DNA of 63,986 nucleotides, the filler included, from Kipferlia bialata (lineage: Eukaryota): NCBI GenBank assembly GCA_003568945.1. It is 6 parts of 6 records of this genome, joined end to end, with 100 filler letters (N's around TTAATTAATTAA, not from the genome) between each part and the next. Parts side by side here need not be neighbours in the genome. Positions count along the whole stretch, not along the records: positions 1 to 16,120 come from BDIP01000633.1; 5 more parts are not named here. One strand, given 5' to 3'. Positions 1 to 14,400 of this stretch are shown one piece after another; position 1 is the stretch's first letter; every line of letters begins with the position of its first letter. The notes beneath the pieces are model-generated. The model was not told the DNA's origin and did not search any database. It saw nothing but the letters and a program-made list of their open reading frames with translations. A program made the position numbers and the translations under genes.

Positions 1-125
1 TGCTGCAATGTACATATGTTCTCTTTCCCCCCCCCCCCCCCCCCCCCCCCATATGTTTCTTCAACTTGACATATTTCCTTTGATGCCCCCCTCAGTGGTG
101 TCACCCTTTGATCCCCTCACCTCAG

Positions 126-693
126 GAGCTGGGCGGCCCCAACCACATCAAGAGGAGTGTGGTGCTGGACAAGGACGGGCCCCCCCTCAAGTATGGTCAT
201 ATCGCATATGTCCCCCTTGATCTCAAGTACCCCTCTTCCCCCTCTCTTTACCATAGGTCTAGCTCTGGGTACTACTACTTTGGAGCCGCCAAGAACCTCA
301 AGGGGGTCAGGGAGATGTTTGAGCAGCAGACAGCCGAGCAGGGTACGTGCCATGCATGGACTGATTCATGTCATTGTACACTGTGATCCGGATGCATTCC
401 CTGGAGTCATACGTCATATATGTATATTGTGTCATTATCATAGTGTGTTGTGCCTCTGGGTCAACCGAGTGACTGACCCCCAGGTGAGCGTAAGCTGACC
501 AAGAAGGATCTGCTGGAGAGGGCCACCCCAGAGTACAACGGTGGGTGTCCATATATACTCACGCTCAGTGGCTTCAGCTGGTATTTCGAAGATATTGCCT
601 TCTGACCCAGGGTACTTTGACGAGACAGCCGAGCTGCTGGAGGCAGAGAGAGAGGCAGAGATGGAGTGGCTCAGGGCTAACCCAGTGGCATAG
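126..693 (+). CDS. ISY1: Pre-mRNA splicing factor ISY1, 3' part (exons 126-190, 257-342, 484-540, 611-693)
   Basis: Spliced product ELGGPNHIKRSVVLDKDGPPLKSSSGYYYFGAAKNLKGVREMFE...KLTKKDLLERATPEYNGYFDE matches the Isy1 signature ELGGP...GYxYFGAAKxLxGVRELFE...YYGY-DE; GT-AG introns keep the frame. Confidence 0.9.
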
Positions 694-1140
694 ATTGGCT
701 GTAGAGGGTATCTGTGTCCAACCAGTGACATAGCGTGACGGTCTGCAAGGGAGCTGTTCTGTGCCTATATACCATGCGTCATAGGGCCAGAGCATAGGGT
801 GGAAAAGGGGGGACCTCTATTTGGATGTGCCAATGATACAGGGGCATGAGAGTATACAATAGAGTCGCCTAGACGGGGTAAGAGTAGTATACATTCTTCA
901 GCACGTTGTATCAGTATCAGTACTGTTCACTGAATCTCCACAGAGTCAGGTGAAAACTGAATGCTCCAAGTCTCAAGCACTACAAGTGGAAAAAGCAACT
1001 ACACATAACAAATTTACTCCTGAATCCCATGGTGTGACATTGGGAGACTACTGGTACACAAAGATAACAATAAACATGCGATATCATATCATCACGCCTT
1101 ACAGACAGGCAGTGGACAAAACCCTCCCTCATGTGACACC

Positions 1141-1681
1141 CTACTGGTTCTGCTGTCTGTGCATGTGCCTGCGAGAGTGCACGTCGTACATGAGCAGATG
1201 GTCAATGAGCTCCACGCTGGAGTGAGACTCTAGGCGGAGAAAAGAGTAAAGGGCCACAAGATATGACACTCTAGTACATTGTGTATATTGCTTCTAATGT
1301 GTCCGGAACACCAGCATCATAATACCAATAATACATGAAGTGCTGATGAAATACAAGTCTAAGAGAAAGAGCAGGGAACGCATTGATATAACGTACTGTG
1401 TAAGGATCATCCTACGGCAGCAATACCGGTCCAGCTCCAGCTTGTCGAGGGCCTCACTATGGTTAGAAGGAACAAAACAAACTCCAGAGACATCACAACA
1501 CGTACGCCTTGGACATGCCCTCCTCAGTCACGAGCTGCTGGTACTTCTGGTACAGATTGCCGACAACCTTCTGTTAGCAGTCATTCCACACGTAAAACTG
1601 CACCAAAAGCCACATAACGGCTCCATGACAAACTGGGGGCCTTACCTTACCGCATGTGAAGCACCGGACGGGAATAAGCAT
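1141..1681 (-). CDS. RPB10: RNA polymerase I/II/III common subunit RPB10 (RPABC5), 4 exons
   Basis: Spliced [63 protein letters not shown]...; CxxC and RYCCRRM zinc motif. Confidence 0.95.
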
Positions 1682-1992
1682 CTAGATTGCACCGAGAAGA
1701 GGCCATGTGTGAGGGTGGAGTTTTTGGCTACTGGCGCTACACCCTTTGCGCATTCTCAACCAACCTATTGAATAGGTATTCTACTAGTATTAGATCTAAA
1801 TTGAACAGGTTCTTGTATCCTATTTCAATTATCGGCCACTACTTACACTGCTCGGCATATAGTTCACCATTCATGTGGTTCCCACAATACACTGTTCACA
1901 AAGGGTTGTTCAACCCAGTTGGAGTACACTATCATTTACTACATCTATCATTCTCTGAGGGTAAATTGTTACCACACAATATGGAACCTCAC

Positions 1993-3171
1993 TCACTCAA
2001 TCTTGAAGTGCTGGTTGGACACAATCTCTGAGTAGAGAGCAAACAATAGGTGCAGGGACTCAACCTGGTTGATGCCTGTGTTAGTGTGGAAGCAGGGTAT
2101 ACTTGCACATGTTCATATTCAGTCAGCAAGAGGAGACCCGGAAGTCGTTGAGAGACGGGTGACACAGACAGTGAACGTGAGAGCGATTGGTCTGAGAGAG
2201 ATGCAGCACATGTTGGAATGTAGCACCAATATCAGCACCAGCACCAATATCAGTATCAGCATCAGCATCAGTATCAGTACCAGCATCAGCGTATGCCAGC
2301 CCCACCTGTTGGGATGTCGACCAGTGCACAGCAGAGCCGGGCCATCTCCTCAGTCTCCAGGTCAATGTCAAAGTCAGGCAGCACACACTTCCTGCACAGT
2401 CAGTATCAGGATCAGTATAAATATATATATTATACATATCTTCAATATATACTGGTGACTGGTAATGACTCTGATACCTGAGCAGTGCCTCGAATCAGTG
2501 TATGAATCAATATATACACAAACCTATATATATTCATCTTGTACTTATATACTGGTACCGACTCTGATACCTGAGCAGTGCCTCGAACGAGGGGTCCCAC
2601 TGTGCCAGGAGGGTATCCATCTCGGGCAGGGGGCAGGAGTACGAGATCTAGGTCAGGTCAACTCAGACACTCCAGAGAGCAGTAATAAACATCACGATTA
2701 GAATAGCCCATGTATACACCGTACCTCAGCGGGTGGCTGCGTCGTGTGTAGCTGGTCGAGCTGGGCTATCCAGCTATCAATGTCCCGAGCATCCTGTCTG
2801 AGGGTGAGGGGGGGGTACTGGTATGATAGGTGTCGCGCACTCAGGTCTGTCACCCTCTCTCCCATTGCCACATATGTATATCCGACTACATACATAGAGA
2901 TAGCACCGACACACCCATCCCCACTCACCTGACACTCCTGACCTCCAGGCCCATGCCAAACACAGACGCATCCACTGGGGCCCTAAGCAGATCACGCAGC
3001 CTGGGGGTCAGACAGATAGAGCATATATAGGGACTGAGACACATCGCCCACAATGCATCGGTATATATACATACACATACACACCTGAGCTCCAGCACCG
3101 TGGGCTGGCTCTGCTCCAGGGCAGGCTCGTCAATGACAGACAGGCCCAGAGGGTCCTCGACCCCATCGGGT
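1993..3171 (-). CDS. IFT46: Intraflagellar transport protein IFT46, C-terminal part (5' exons absent)
   Basis: Exons encode PDGVEDPLGLSVIDEPALEQSQPTVLEL, IDSWIAQLDQLH..PPAE, YSCPLPEMDTLLAQWDPSFE, LCCALVDIP, VESLHLLFALYSEIVSNQHF*, following the conserved IFT46 C-terminal motifs in order. Confidence 0.9.
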
Positions 3172-3243
3172 CTGGGGGGTCAGGGGAAGGGGGGGGGGGG
3201 GGGGGGGATTAGAACATGATTCATACTGTGCACTGACCCCCAG

Positions 3244-5205
3244 GGATACCCTCAGCGCCCGTCTCCCCCCTGTGTCTCAGGGCATATCCCAGGACAGGGG
3301 AGGGGAGTATCCCACCACCCATGGGTATGGGCCTGGAGTGAGCCAGGATGCATATGGGAGGGATGCCTATAGGACTGATAGGGGCTATGCTGCACAGGGT
3401 CCAAGCAGGGGAGGTATGCGTGGTCCTAGCATGACTGGTATGCATACAGGTGTACCGGGTACTCAGTATGTGCAACAGGGTGGTAGAGGTGCCCAAATGC
3501 AGGGTGTGGGGCAGTATCCCACCCGGGGTGACACTGCCCAGGGACAGCAGAGGGGGCAGCATCCCTATGACAATGGGAGGGGGGCGGGTATGGTGGGAGA
3601 GAGGGGTATGAATGGACAGAGAGGGGGTGGGCCCTACTATGCACCCAACCAGCAGATGCCTAGTGCCCCAGGTCCCATGTACCCTCAGGCCCCTGTCTCT
3701 GTATCCCATGCATCATACATATCTGAGGCAGAGGCCGTGCCTGGCCCCTATTCCACAGGTGCTCCATATAGCCAAGGAGCAGCGGTTGGTACGGGTGGGT
3801 ACCTCCCAACCACACAGAGACCCGGTGGCATCCCTGATCACCCCCCTGCAGGTGTTTATGCCACTGCAGATGACACCCACCTCTCTGATGACTCAGATGG
3901 GGGTACAGTGCCTGAGGGACAGTCACTGCTAGAGTACATATCCACTATGCTCCCATCACTGCCACAGTCACCCCAGAGACAGATGAAGGGGGAGAGGGGT
4001 GAGGATGCATACGAGGGAAAGACTGACACCCAGTCTCTGACATCTGCAGTGCATGTACCCCCGTCCTCTGCTGGGTCTCTCAGCTACATAGCCCCACCCC
4101 CTAGGGTACCCACCCCCTCGGACCCCGCCCTTCCACTGCCCCCCCCAGAGCCCATATCCGCCCAGCCCCCCCTCTCTGCCACTTCTGTGGCCAGACTGGT
4201 ACCCAACCCCCCTAGCCCTAGGGCAGTGAGGGAGAGGGAGAGAGAGAGGGACCCCAGGCTGAGTGGGACTGCCTCTCTCCCGACCTCCCTTGGATCAGGC
4301 CTTGTGAGTGGGGGGTATGATACAACACATACCAGGTCTAGGCCAGTGCCCAGGCCGGTTCCTGTCACCCCATCTCCATTGCAGGTAGGGAGGGGTGGAT
4401 ATTTCAGACATACATATGGTACCATCACTATCTATCCCCAGACACATGGATGACGATGGTTTCACAGTTACTCTTGCTAAATACCATATATAGTCACCCT
4501 CTCACCCTAAGGTCAACCGTGCCTCTCTCATACTGGACATGATGAGGGAGAAGGAGAGAGAGGGCACCCAGCAGCAGGGTATCACCCGTGCCAGACCCCA
4601 CACACAGCATACACTAGACCACTACAGACCCTCGGGTGCTATAACAGAGGCAGTTACACAGCCCAAGACCGCATCTGCTGGGTCTGATCCCTTGAAGTCA
4701 TACATCGCCGCTAGGTCGGCCATCAGGTAGGAGAGAAACTGGACAGTCTTATTCAGTTGAATCTTTGAGTACGAGTATGGTCGGCCTATACCATTGATTG
4801 GTGGTATTTCACTCTCTCTCCTCTCATGTCAGGAGTGAACGCCAGCAGCTGCTGTCCTTGGCCCATGTACCCATCCTGACCCAGCCCTCAGAGTCCCCCA
4901 CCTCTACCCATGTCGCTAAGGGCACACCCAAGACAGACACTGCAGGGTACGACCTGGATAGGATGCCTGTGAGTGGCGTCATCGACCCCTCCCACCTGAG
5001 GTCGGTCTCTGCCTCTGTGGCATCTGTAGGGCCTGCCAGTGTCACGCCCTCTGCCTGGCACCAGTCACTGGGACAGGAGGCATCGAGGCCTGCACAGCAC
5101 ACCCAGGCCGAGTGGTCTGATGCAGGGTCTGTGACCCATCTGGAACAGGATCAGCAGGGGATGGGGTCAGATGAGATGTCGCTCATCACAATGCTCAACA
5201 TGTAG
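3244..5205 (+). CDS. Gly/Gln/Pro/Ser-rich low-complexity hypothetical protein, 5' part missing (exons about 3244-4384, 4512-4727, 4833-5205)
   Basis: 393-aa open frame starting right after a CTGACCCCCAG acceptor; further exons bounded by GT and AG. Confidence 0.6.
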
Positions 5206-5420
5206 GAATAGATATTTGTATGGACGGATGTGCATTGAACCATGTCACACTACGACTCACAGTACCAGTATGATTATCTCTTGCCAAATCTATTAAGAAA
5301 GTCCCTTGTCCTAGACAGGGGAGGTCTGGCATCCCTACTATTATCAAACATAGTAGAATAATTGTACAAAATAGGTGTGTCCCATACAAGCACACTAACA
5401 GTTAGTAACACACTAGCACA

Positions 5421-8400
5421 CTAGCTACTTGGGAGCACCACCAGGGTGAGTTGAGACACGCTGGGAGTGGATGTGTCAATCAGGCCGAAGATGGCATCGA
5501 CATACATGACACCCTGGGCTGACCCACAGGCAGTGGCAAAGGCTGCATTCTGGTCCAGCTGAATGTCTGAGAATGTGCCCGAGTATGTTGCATCGAACCA
5601 GCCTGACCCCGACCCTACCACCTCTGCCGCAGACCCTGTCTGGGGGAAGGCGATGCCTCCGAACGAGGAGGAGGACATGCACATGTAGGAGTACTGCATG
5701 GAGAGCTGGTAGGAGGAGAGGTCAGAGAGCGCGGTGGGGTCAGCTGTGTTGGTGTTGACGGCCAGTCTGACACTGGATGTGACCGGGTTGGAGGTTGATA
5801 TGTAGTCCACCCCAAACTGCACCCTGGCCATGGATGATGTCCCCATGCTACCATCCCCAAAGGACCGTACTGTGTCCACCTCCATGATACTGGGCTGGGC
5901 AGCAGTAGAGGCAGAGGGGAGAGAGAGACTGCCCAGGGACAGAGTGGCAGCAGTAACACCACCCTCGCTGAAGCTGGGGTCAGAGAAGGAGGGGTATGGA
6001 AACACTTCATCTGGGTTTTGTACATATATAGGTATACAGACGCGTAAACCCTCACCTGTACTCGTATGTGTTTGGCACTGAGAAGTACATGTCGTCACCG
6101 GATGTCTCGAGCTTGATCATGGGACTGTTCATCTGCAGAGACACAGAGGAACTGAGGACGGTGTCTGCTGCAGAAGTGAACTCGAGGTCTCCGTGGATCT
6201 TGGCGTCGGACGAGATCTTGACATAGGTGGTGGAGGCAGGGCCTGGGGTGAGGTGGACGGAACTGTGAGTAAATGTGCAGATCAACACACTTGTGAAGAT
6301 GCCTTTACACTACATATATATACTATATACTATATACACACCTATGTAGTCTGTGAGGACGGATGCCGTGTGGCCTGCGTTGTCCACCTTGAGGGCAGTG
6401 GACTCAAAGGAGACAGAGAGGGCACTCGCATTGGTGATGGTTGAAGCATCAGATACACTGGGGTCAGAAGGTGTGTTTGAGGGAGATAGTTATCATACGC
6501 TAGAGTCCCCACCTGATATTGTCATCGAATGTGATGACACTGGAGTTGGCAGCGATGTTTGAGACACTGAGCACCCCAGACACTGTTGCCCCCACCATGG
6601 ATGTAGTGGTGGATGAGATGACTGTGGTAGTGGCATCTACAGCCATACAGTCAGCACCAGCAGCCTGAAGCCTAACAGCGCCGGCCTGGGAGTTGATCCA
6701 GACATCGCCAGCATTGGCCTGAAGCAGTAACCGTGCCGTTGACTGAGGTAAGAAGAGAGATGAGAGATGCTAGAAACAACCAAGGAGAAGCTGTCTCCCC
6801 ACCTTGAACTCAACAGCAGTGCTGCTGCTGCCGTCTGCATCGATGTAGAGGGTGTTGGTGGTGCCAACGATGTCAAACACATCGGTGTTGGCAGTGAGCG
6901 AGAGGCCCGTGATGCTGATGGCGTTTGTGTCTGTGAGTGACAGGTTGGTGCTAGTCACGGTGTCGACAGCAAGGGTCCCTCCCACGGTGGCGTTACTGGT
7001 CACCTCCAGGGCACCTGTCACCTTGGCCAGAACGGCAGCAGTGATCTCAATGGTGTCCCCAGAGATGCCAATGTCTGTACCAACAGCTGCAATGCTCTCC
7101 AGCTTCAGAACCATACCAGCAGCAATCGTCATATCGCTGTTGAATTCAGCGGCTGCTGCTACAGTGAGGACGGTGCTTCCACTGCCATCCGAGAGGTTCA
7201 GAGCACTGGTACCGTCAATCTTCATATCGATGTCGGAGGCATGCTTGATCTCCTTCACAGTGAGGGAATTGGTGTCGTTGATGACGACGCTGTTATCGAT
7301 GGTGAGTGAGTTGAACCCAATCTCAGCTGGGTATGCACCAGTGATGGACACAGCCCCAGAGTTACTGGACAGCAGCATCGAGCTGGCGTTACCTGTCCCG
7401 GCAGATAGGTTGACAGTGACAGAGTCAGTGGCAGAGACAGAGAAGGCTGAGTCCACGTGTAGGTTGCTGTTGATAGTGATGCCAGCTGATGCAGTGTACT
7501 CCGTGATGGAGTCTGTGAACACACTCTCTGCATACAGGTCACTGGCACCAAAGTCTGCCTTTGCCACATCCACCGTCATCAGAAGCTGTGTGATGGAGAG
7601 CCTGTCAGATGCACCGCTATGTATGGTGAACGTGTTGGTGGTGGCTGTCTGGGATATTAGCACATTGTCCACATTGGTCAGAGACAGGGGGGCACCCGCG
7701 TCAATGCCCCACCCGCTGCTGTACGTGGTAGTCATGGTGTTGCCACTGCCTGCGTCGATGACCAGACTGCTACCCATGCCCAGGGTGAGGTCAGTGCCTG
7801 CCGACACCCCTAGCACAGTGGACCCAAACACAGACGGGGTCTGCACAGAGGTGCCCACCATGAGAGTGGTGTCCAACTGGGTGTGGAGGGAGGCAGAGAG
7901 GGTCCCAACCACGTCTGTGTTGGCCGTGATGGTGACGTCTGTGCTGGAGTGGGGCTTGATGTCATTTGTCAGCACCTCCCCTCCAAAGTCTCCGTCTCCG
8001 TCGAAGTCCACGTCCTGCTTCATAGTCACAAGGGTCTGGGCAAACACTGCAACATCAGCACCCCCTGCAGCCACGTTGATCTCACTTGTGGTGCTCCCTG
8101 CAACTATGCTCTCAGTAGTGAGGTCTCCTCCCACCTCCACATTGGAGGGGAGGGTGAGGTCAGACCCCAGGCTGATGGTACCAGCTGTGGTGCTCTCAAT
8201 CACAATCTGGCCAGTGGCGTCATACCCAAAGTACAGGTTGGCGGTGCCTGCCCCCCCGGCTGCTGCCTTGGTGAGGGTGATGTTGATCTTGGGACTGGAG
8301 GCATCGGTGGGACCCACGATGGAGGAGTCCGTCAGATACAGAGCACCGGTCACAGATAGAGCGCTGCCAATGGTGACAGTACCTGCAGACTCAGCCAGAA

Positions 8401-11400
8401 TGGAGTCCACCTTCAGACTGCCTCCAGTGAGGTCAAGGCTCGCAGACTTGAATCCCAGTGCAACAACACCAGTCGTGATCTCGAATGCATCAGCTGTGAC
8501 CTTCAAGTCGTTGGAGACTGTGATACCACTGGCGCCTGCCCCCTGACTGAGGGTGTCTGTGCTCAGCGACGTGGTGGTGGTGGCCAGCAGGTTGACGCTG
8601 GNNNNNNNNNNNNNNNNNNNNNNNNNNNNNNNNNNNNNNNNNNNNNNNNNNNNNNNNNNNNNNNNNNNNNNNNNNNNNNNNNNNNNNNNNNNNNNNNNNN
8701 NNNNNNNNNNNNNNNNNNNNNNNNNNNNNNNNNNNNNNNNNNNNNNNNNNNNNNNNNNNNNNNNNNNNNNNNNNNNNNNNNNNNNNNNNNNNNNNNNNNN
8801 NNNNNNNNNNNNNNNNNNNNNNNNNNNNNNNNNNNNNNNNNNNNNNNNNNNNNNNNNNNNNNNNNNNNNNNNNNNNNNNNNNNNNNNNNNNNNNNNNNNN
8901 NNNNNNNNNNNNNNNNNNNNNNNNNNNNNNNNNNNNNNNNNNNNNNNNNNNNNNNNNNNNNNNNNNNNNNNNNNNNNNNNNNNNNNNNNNNNNNNNNNNN
9001 NNNNNNNNNNNNNNNNNNNNNNNNNNNNNNNNNNNNNNNNNNNNNNNNNNNNNNNNNNNNNNNNNNNNNNNNNNNNNNNNNNNNNNNNNNNNNNNNNNNN
9101 NNNNNNNNNNNNNNNNNNNNNNNNNNNNNNNNNNNNNNNNNNNNNNNNNNNCGACAGAGGCTGCACCGACGACAAGAGACACGGCAGAGGCGTGGTTGAC
9201 CTCGGAGGTGGTCATTGCTCCTGTAACTGTGACGTCACTAGAGATTGTGACTTCCTGATAATCGAGCTCAAAGTCGTAGAGATCACCCTCGAGGGTGACA
9301 GTGCCAGAGTTGTTGGAGAGGGTAGACATAAGGGTGTTCCCCCCACTAGCCACACCCAGTTTGATACTACCGGCACTCTCCAAGGTGAAGGCGTCCAACA
9401 CTGTGAGGTCACTCTTGAGAGCAATCTCAGAAGCGCTGAAGACCTCCACCGAGTCGAGGAACACCTCTCCCATCTGGACCGTGCCTGGGGACAGGTCTGT
9501 GTTGTCCACATCGACAGAGAGGGCAGACTTGGTCAGAGAGAGCACAGTCTGGCTGGGAGACGCAAACGACACAACCACGGACCCAGCATCAGTGTCGAGG
9601 TCTAGGTACAGGTTGGGCGCCAGAGTGCGTATGTCCTCGTTGGCTGAGTTGATCTGCCACTCAGGCACCGTGTCCTCATAGTGTAGTGTCAGGTCCTTGA
9701 TGTGGTCAGTCACGCGCAGGGGCCCGTACACCTGCACCTCAGAGGCAGAGAGGGTGAGCTGGGCGCCTGTGTTGATGACATCTGACACATAGAGGGCAGT
9801 GGCCACGGTCAGGTTGTCTTGCAGGGTCACATCGCCAGAGACTGGGGTGAGGGATGGGGGGTACTGTAAATGATTATGACGAGGACTCCTTACCTGTGAG
9901 GGTGTTGTCTACAATAACCCCAGTGGTCACTGCATTGCCCCCAAGGGTCATGTCCCCAGAGGTGGCTGCGTCCAGGCTGTTTGAGTACACCCCACCAGAG
10001 ACAGTCAGGCTGTCACCAAGGGACACAACACCATCAGTTGTGAGAGCGCCCTGCTTATCAGATACAGCGTATCAAACATACATGGGACAAAGAAGGACGC
10101 TTAGTTAACACCATGACTCACCTGAATATGTGTGAGGCCGCTAGCTGTAGACATCGTCACATCTCCGGTGGTCGTTCCAACCATAACTGAAGGTGAGAAG
10201 ACTACTCTACACAGAATACACAGATTGACTGAGAAACACTCATTATGTGCTATATGGGTTACCTTCGAATCCAGCTGCGGCCTCCAAGTCCAGGTGGGTG
10301 TCTGGGGATGATATGTGGTCGGCTAGGATGTCGTCCTGGAATGTAGCTATGGCGCCCACAGAGAGGGTGTCTAGCAAGGTGACGTCAGCCGTGAATGACG
10401 CAGACTCCGTGGTGGTCAGTCCACCCAGTACCCTGGTGGTCTGGCTGGCCCTGCCCAGGGACACCTCGCCGGAGACACCGCCAATCTCAACCGTGTAGGA
10501 ATCTGGGGAGTTGATGTCAAGGTCGGAGAGGGTCGAGTAGATCTGCGGGGTGTCGGTGCTGTCCAGGTGGGAGGTGCCGTCCACAGTGAGGTCTGCAAGG
10601 ACCTGGGCTGAGGAGAGGGACACGTCTCCCCCCTGGCTGTACAGTGCGATGGAGTCACCCTGCATAGCAATGGAAGAGTAACCCGATCCAGTGTTGGACT
10701 GCAGCGAGAGAATGTCGGGAGAGACTACACTCACATCTGCGTTTGTGAGGGATATGCTGTTGATGGATGTGGTGACCAGAGCTGCACCGGTGGGGTCCAG
10801 CACTGACAGACCCGAGTACACAGTGGTGATACCAGACACAGAGCCAATGTCGACATTGCCAGAGTTCTCTCCCACCTGCACTCGTCTGGTGGCGCCAGAA
10901 CCCGAGTCGAGGTAGAGCAGAGACTCGAGACCGGGGTTGTCGTGGGACTGGATGGTGTCTACGGTGATGGAGGGCTCAACATCGAGGCCGGACTGCACAA
11001 TGGAGACGGCAGTTGGCATATCGATGGTCAGGGTGGACACGCTGAGGTCGGCAGCATCCATCTCCATCTTGACGTACTCGTTGGGACCCACAACCACTGA
11101 TGTCGTGTCGTAGGTGCCAATCTTGACTCCACCGTCCGAGGTGTGTCCAGTTCCGCCTACCAGGAGCACATCACCGCCCACATCAGCACTACTGTCGCCT
11201 CCAGCCACCACGACTGACCCAGCCTGAGCTGCGGCAGCACTGCCCTGCAGAATGAGGGACTTGGGGCTGGTGCAGGAGGAGGCTGGCCTGGTGATGGTGA
11301 AGTCAGCCTCGTCTAGACAGTCGGCAAAGGGCACATCAGGGCCCAGGATGAGGGTGTCGCCCTCCACCCACACATCCCCTAGGGTACGGGTGTAGGAGGC

Positions 11401-14400
11401 AGAGAGAGACAGGGAGTTGGAAGAGCCCAGGATGACATCGCCGTAGCCCATAGGGCCTGTGCCACCAGTCACATAGATGCTACCACCTGTGATGAGGGAA
11501 TGTGTGGAATGAGCACTCCTCGTGAAAAGAAAAGTGAAATCAGTTGATGGATCAGCCTCCGATACCTGAGAGGGATGCATCCGAAGTGGTCATGCCCAGG
11601 AGAGAGGTATCGACAGGGGTGGTGGTGGTGGAGGGGCGGCTGTAGGTATAGGCGGTATCCGCTGCCCCAGCCACAAACCCTGTTCCAGAGTGAGACAGCG
11701 TCTCAGACGTCACGAGGGTCTCAGTGCCTGGGGTGGGTATGGCGTCATCATGAGAAACACGGACTGGATAGAATAACCTCCCCCATACCTGCTGTGTCGT
11801 GTCCCACCACCACCTGGGTGCTGTATGTACCGCCTATCCTCACAGTCCCAGGGGTGGTGGTGTACTCGCCACCGTCAATAAGCACATCACCCCCAACATC
11901 GCCATATCCACCAATGAGAGTGACAGACCCCCCGACTGCCACCCCAGGTGCCTCACTGCCCTGTATCACCAAGGGAATGGCATCAGACCCAGAGCCTGTG
12001 TATGCCACGGCCTGTATCCTGACCTCAGAGGGTGTGGTGCCCTCCTCGCCCATCCACAGGGTACCATGGGAGTAGGTGTCACCCCCGAGGTTGATGTCAC
12101 CTGGTGGTGAGACACATGTGTCATGGTGTAGAAGAGAATACAAGACCCCTGTTAGCCGCATTTGTGTCCTCACCTCTGCCCACGGTGTTGATGTCGACTG
12201 TGCCATGGGTGGTGGCACCACCTCTGCTGTTGTACACTCCGTCTATCAGCAGAGAGCCAAGGGAGATGGAGAGGTCCTCGTCAACAGTGGTCATCGCAAT
12301 GCTGGGGGTGAGAGACGTGGCATATCCCAACCATACCCACATTAACAACTTCCTACGTATATGCTATCCATCACACTCACCTAAAATCACTTGATGGCGC
12401 TGTTGCCTGGGAGAGAGTCACTGACTCCACAAGGGTAGTGGTGCCCGTGACAGAGAGTGTCTTGGAGAGTGTGGCATCGCTGAGGATGGTGGCTGTCTGA
12501 GAGGCAGAGCCCATAAGGAGGGCACCGCCTGTGGATGCAATGACGACAGAGTCTGCATCAGTAGCACACTCTAGAGTCAGGTCACCTGCACCTATCACTG
12601 TACTGGCCACCTGCATGGTGGGTGAGTCCACAACCACAGTGCCCAGGGCATGGGACAGATACACGGTGTCGGCCTGACTGGCACCAATGTGCACATCGCC
12701 ACTGACAGAGGACACACTCTTGACCCCTGCGTCCACATAGGCATGGCCAGCGGTGCCAGGTGCATTCACACCGGCATCCCCTCCTAGCAGGTATAGGGCA
12801 CCCCCTGCACCAGTGCCAGAACCGGCCTGACCTGAAAGGGTGAGGCATGGTGCCATGATAGAGACTCTAACAGACATTATACAAGAATACGTGACCAGAT
12901 ACCTAGCAGGGTGGTGTCCTGTGCGTCTGTGTCCACTGCAGCAGGGGTGTGGGTGAGGGTGACCCCTGCATCCTCATCCCCCATGTAGACTGTGGCACCC
13001 CTCAGGGTCACAGCCGCATTGCCTGCACTGCCTACAGATACAGTGGCACTAGAGACACCCAGGGTGAGGTCTGTGTCACAGTCCACACTGAGGGACAGAC
13101 CGGCATGGCCTGTCAGGGCGGGGGAGACCAGGCCCACCTCAGTGGTGAGGGATGCCTCTAGAGACACCTCCTCATCCACTGTCAGCATACCCTGCACAGT
13201 GGTAGTGGCACCCCTCCTAGACAGGGTCACACCCAGCGTGGAGTCTCCTGTGCCCACACCCACTGTGCCATCAGAGGTCAGTCCGTCTCCACCATCAATC
13301 AGAACCTAAGGGGTGAGAAGGTGAAACACACAAGAATAATACATATCGACGTACCGATCCACCGACACCCCTGACGCTGGTCCCGCCGATAATGGCGACG
13401 TCTCCAGCTGCCTCATCTGTCACGTCTCTCTCTGCTCCCACTATGCTGAGGGTTGGGGGCAGCACAAGGGTGTCTGTGGAGGAGGTGTGTGATATGACAT
13501 AGTCGTCGTTGGAGGTAGTGTCTCCAACGAGGGTGAGGCCAGCGGTAGAGGCCACCGTTGACCCCTGCAGCACCACAGTGCCACAGGTGGTGCCGCCGTC
13601 AGATGTGCTGCACCCGCCACTGACATAGACACTCCCTCCCCCTACTGTGCCTGACTGACCCAGGAGGTATGTGTCAGAGACGGTGGTGGTGGCAGCAGGC
13701 CTCTGGATGACTAGATCCTCAAGGCCATCAGACCCCACCTCAACCACACTCCCAAGCACAGTCAGCACCCCCTGCACCTCCACTGGGATAGAGGCAGCGC
13801 CTAACTGCACATCGGCAGTGTGCACTGATCCAATCACGACACTGCCGTTGGTGCCGTAGGTGGCAGTGCCTCCATCGATGCTGATACTACCTCCCCCAGT
13901 CACACCGGCCCCTGCTGTCAGAGACAGGTCCCCTCCCTGTGCGGCTGTGGCCTCCGCCCCTGATATCGATGTGGAGGGGGCCTGGCCAGCTGCTACCGTG
14001 TAGGCTGGGCGGGACATGCTATATGCCAGAGAGTCTGTGCCCAGGGTGAGGGACCCGTACATCTCTGTGGGTCCATGCACTATGAGCGCACCCCTAGTGT
14101 CAGGGTCGGAGGCTGAGGAGGGGAGGGCGTTGACAGAGACAGGGCCGTGGTTGAGGGACCCTGAGGTATCCAGAGCGCCCTGCAGGTACAGACTGGGTAT
14201 GGTGCCACTGGATAGGTCCTGCTGGTTCATGGAGACAGAGTAGTCAGTCCCAGCCTCACCCACCGTGAGGCCTGTCCCGTATATATAGTTCTGGTCACTC
14301 AGGGCATGTAAGGGTCCATCCACACTCACTGATGTACCAGCTACAGTCACAGCACTGGATGCAGCGGTGCCCAGGGTCAGTGTAGGGGCAGACACCGTCA

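Noticed and set aside
191..256. Stop-free 3n introns (ISY1 191-256; MFS 50671-50739) as regulated intron retention
   Set aside because: Expected by chance among many short introns; no evidence of retention
6852..8546. 564-aa plus-strand ORF
   Set aside because: Antisense shadow of the giant minus-strand exon; splice signals support only the minus strand
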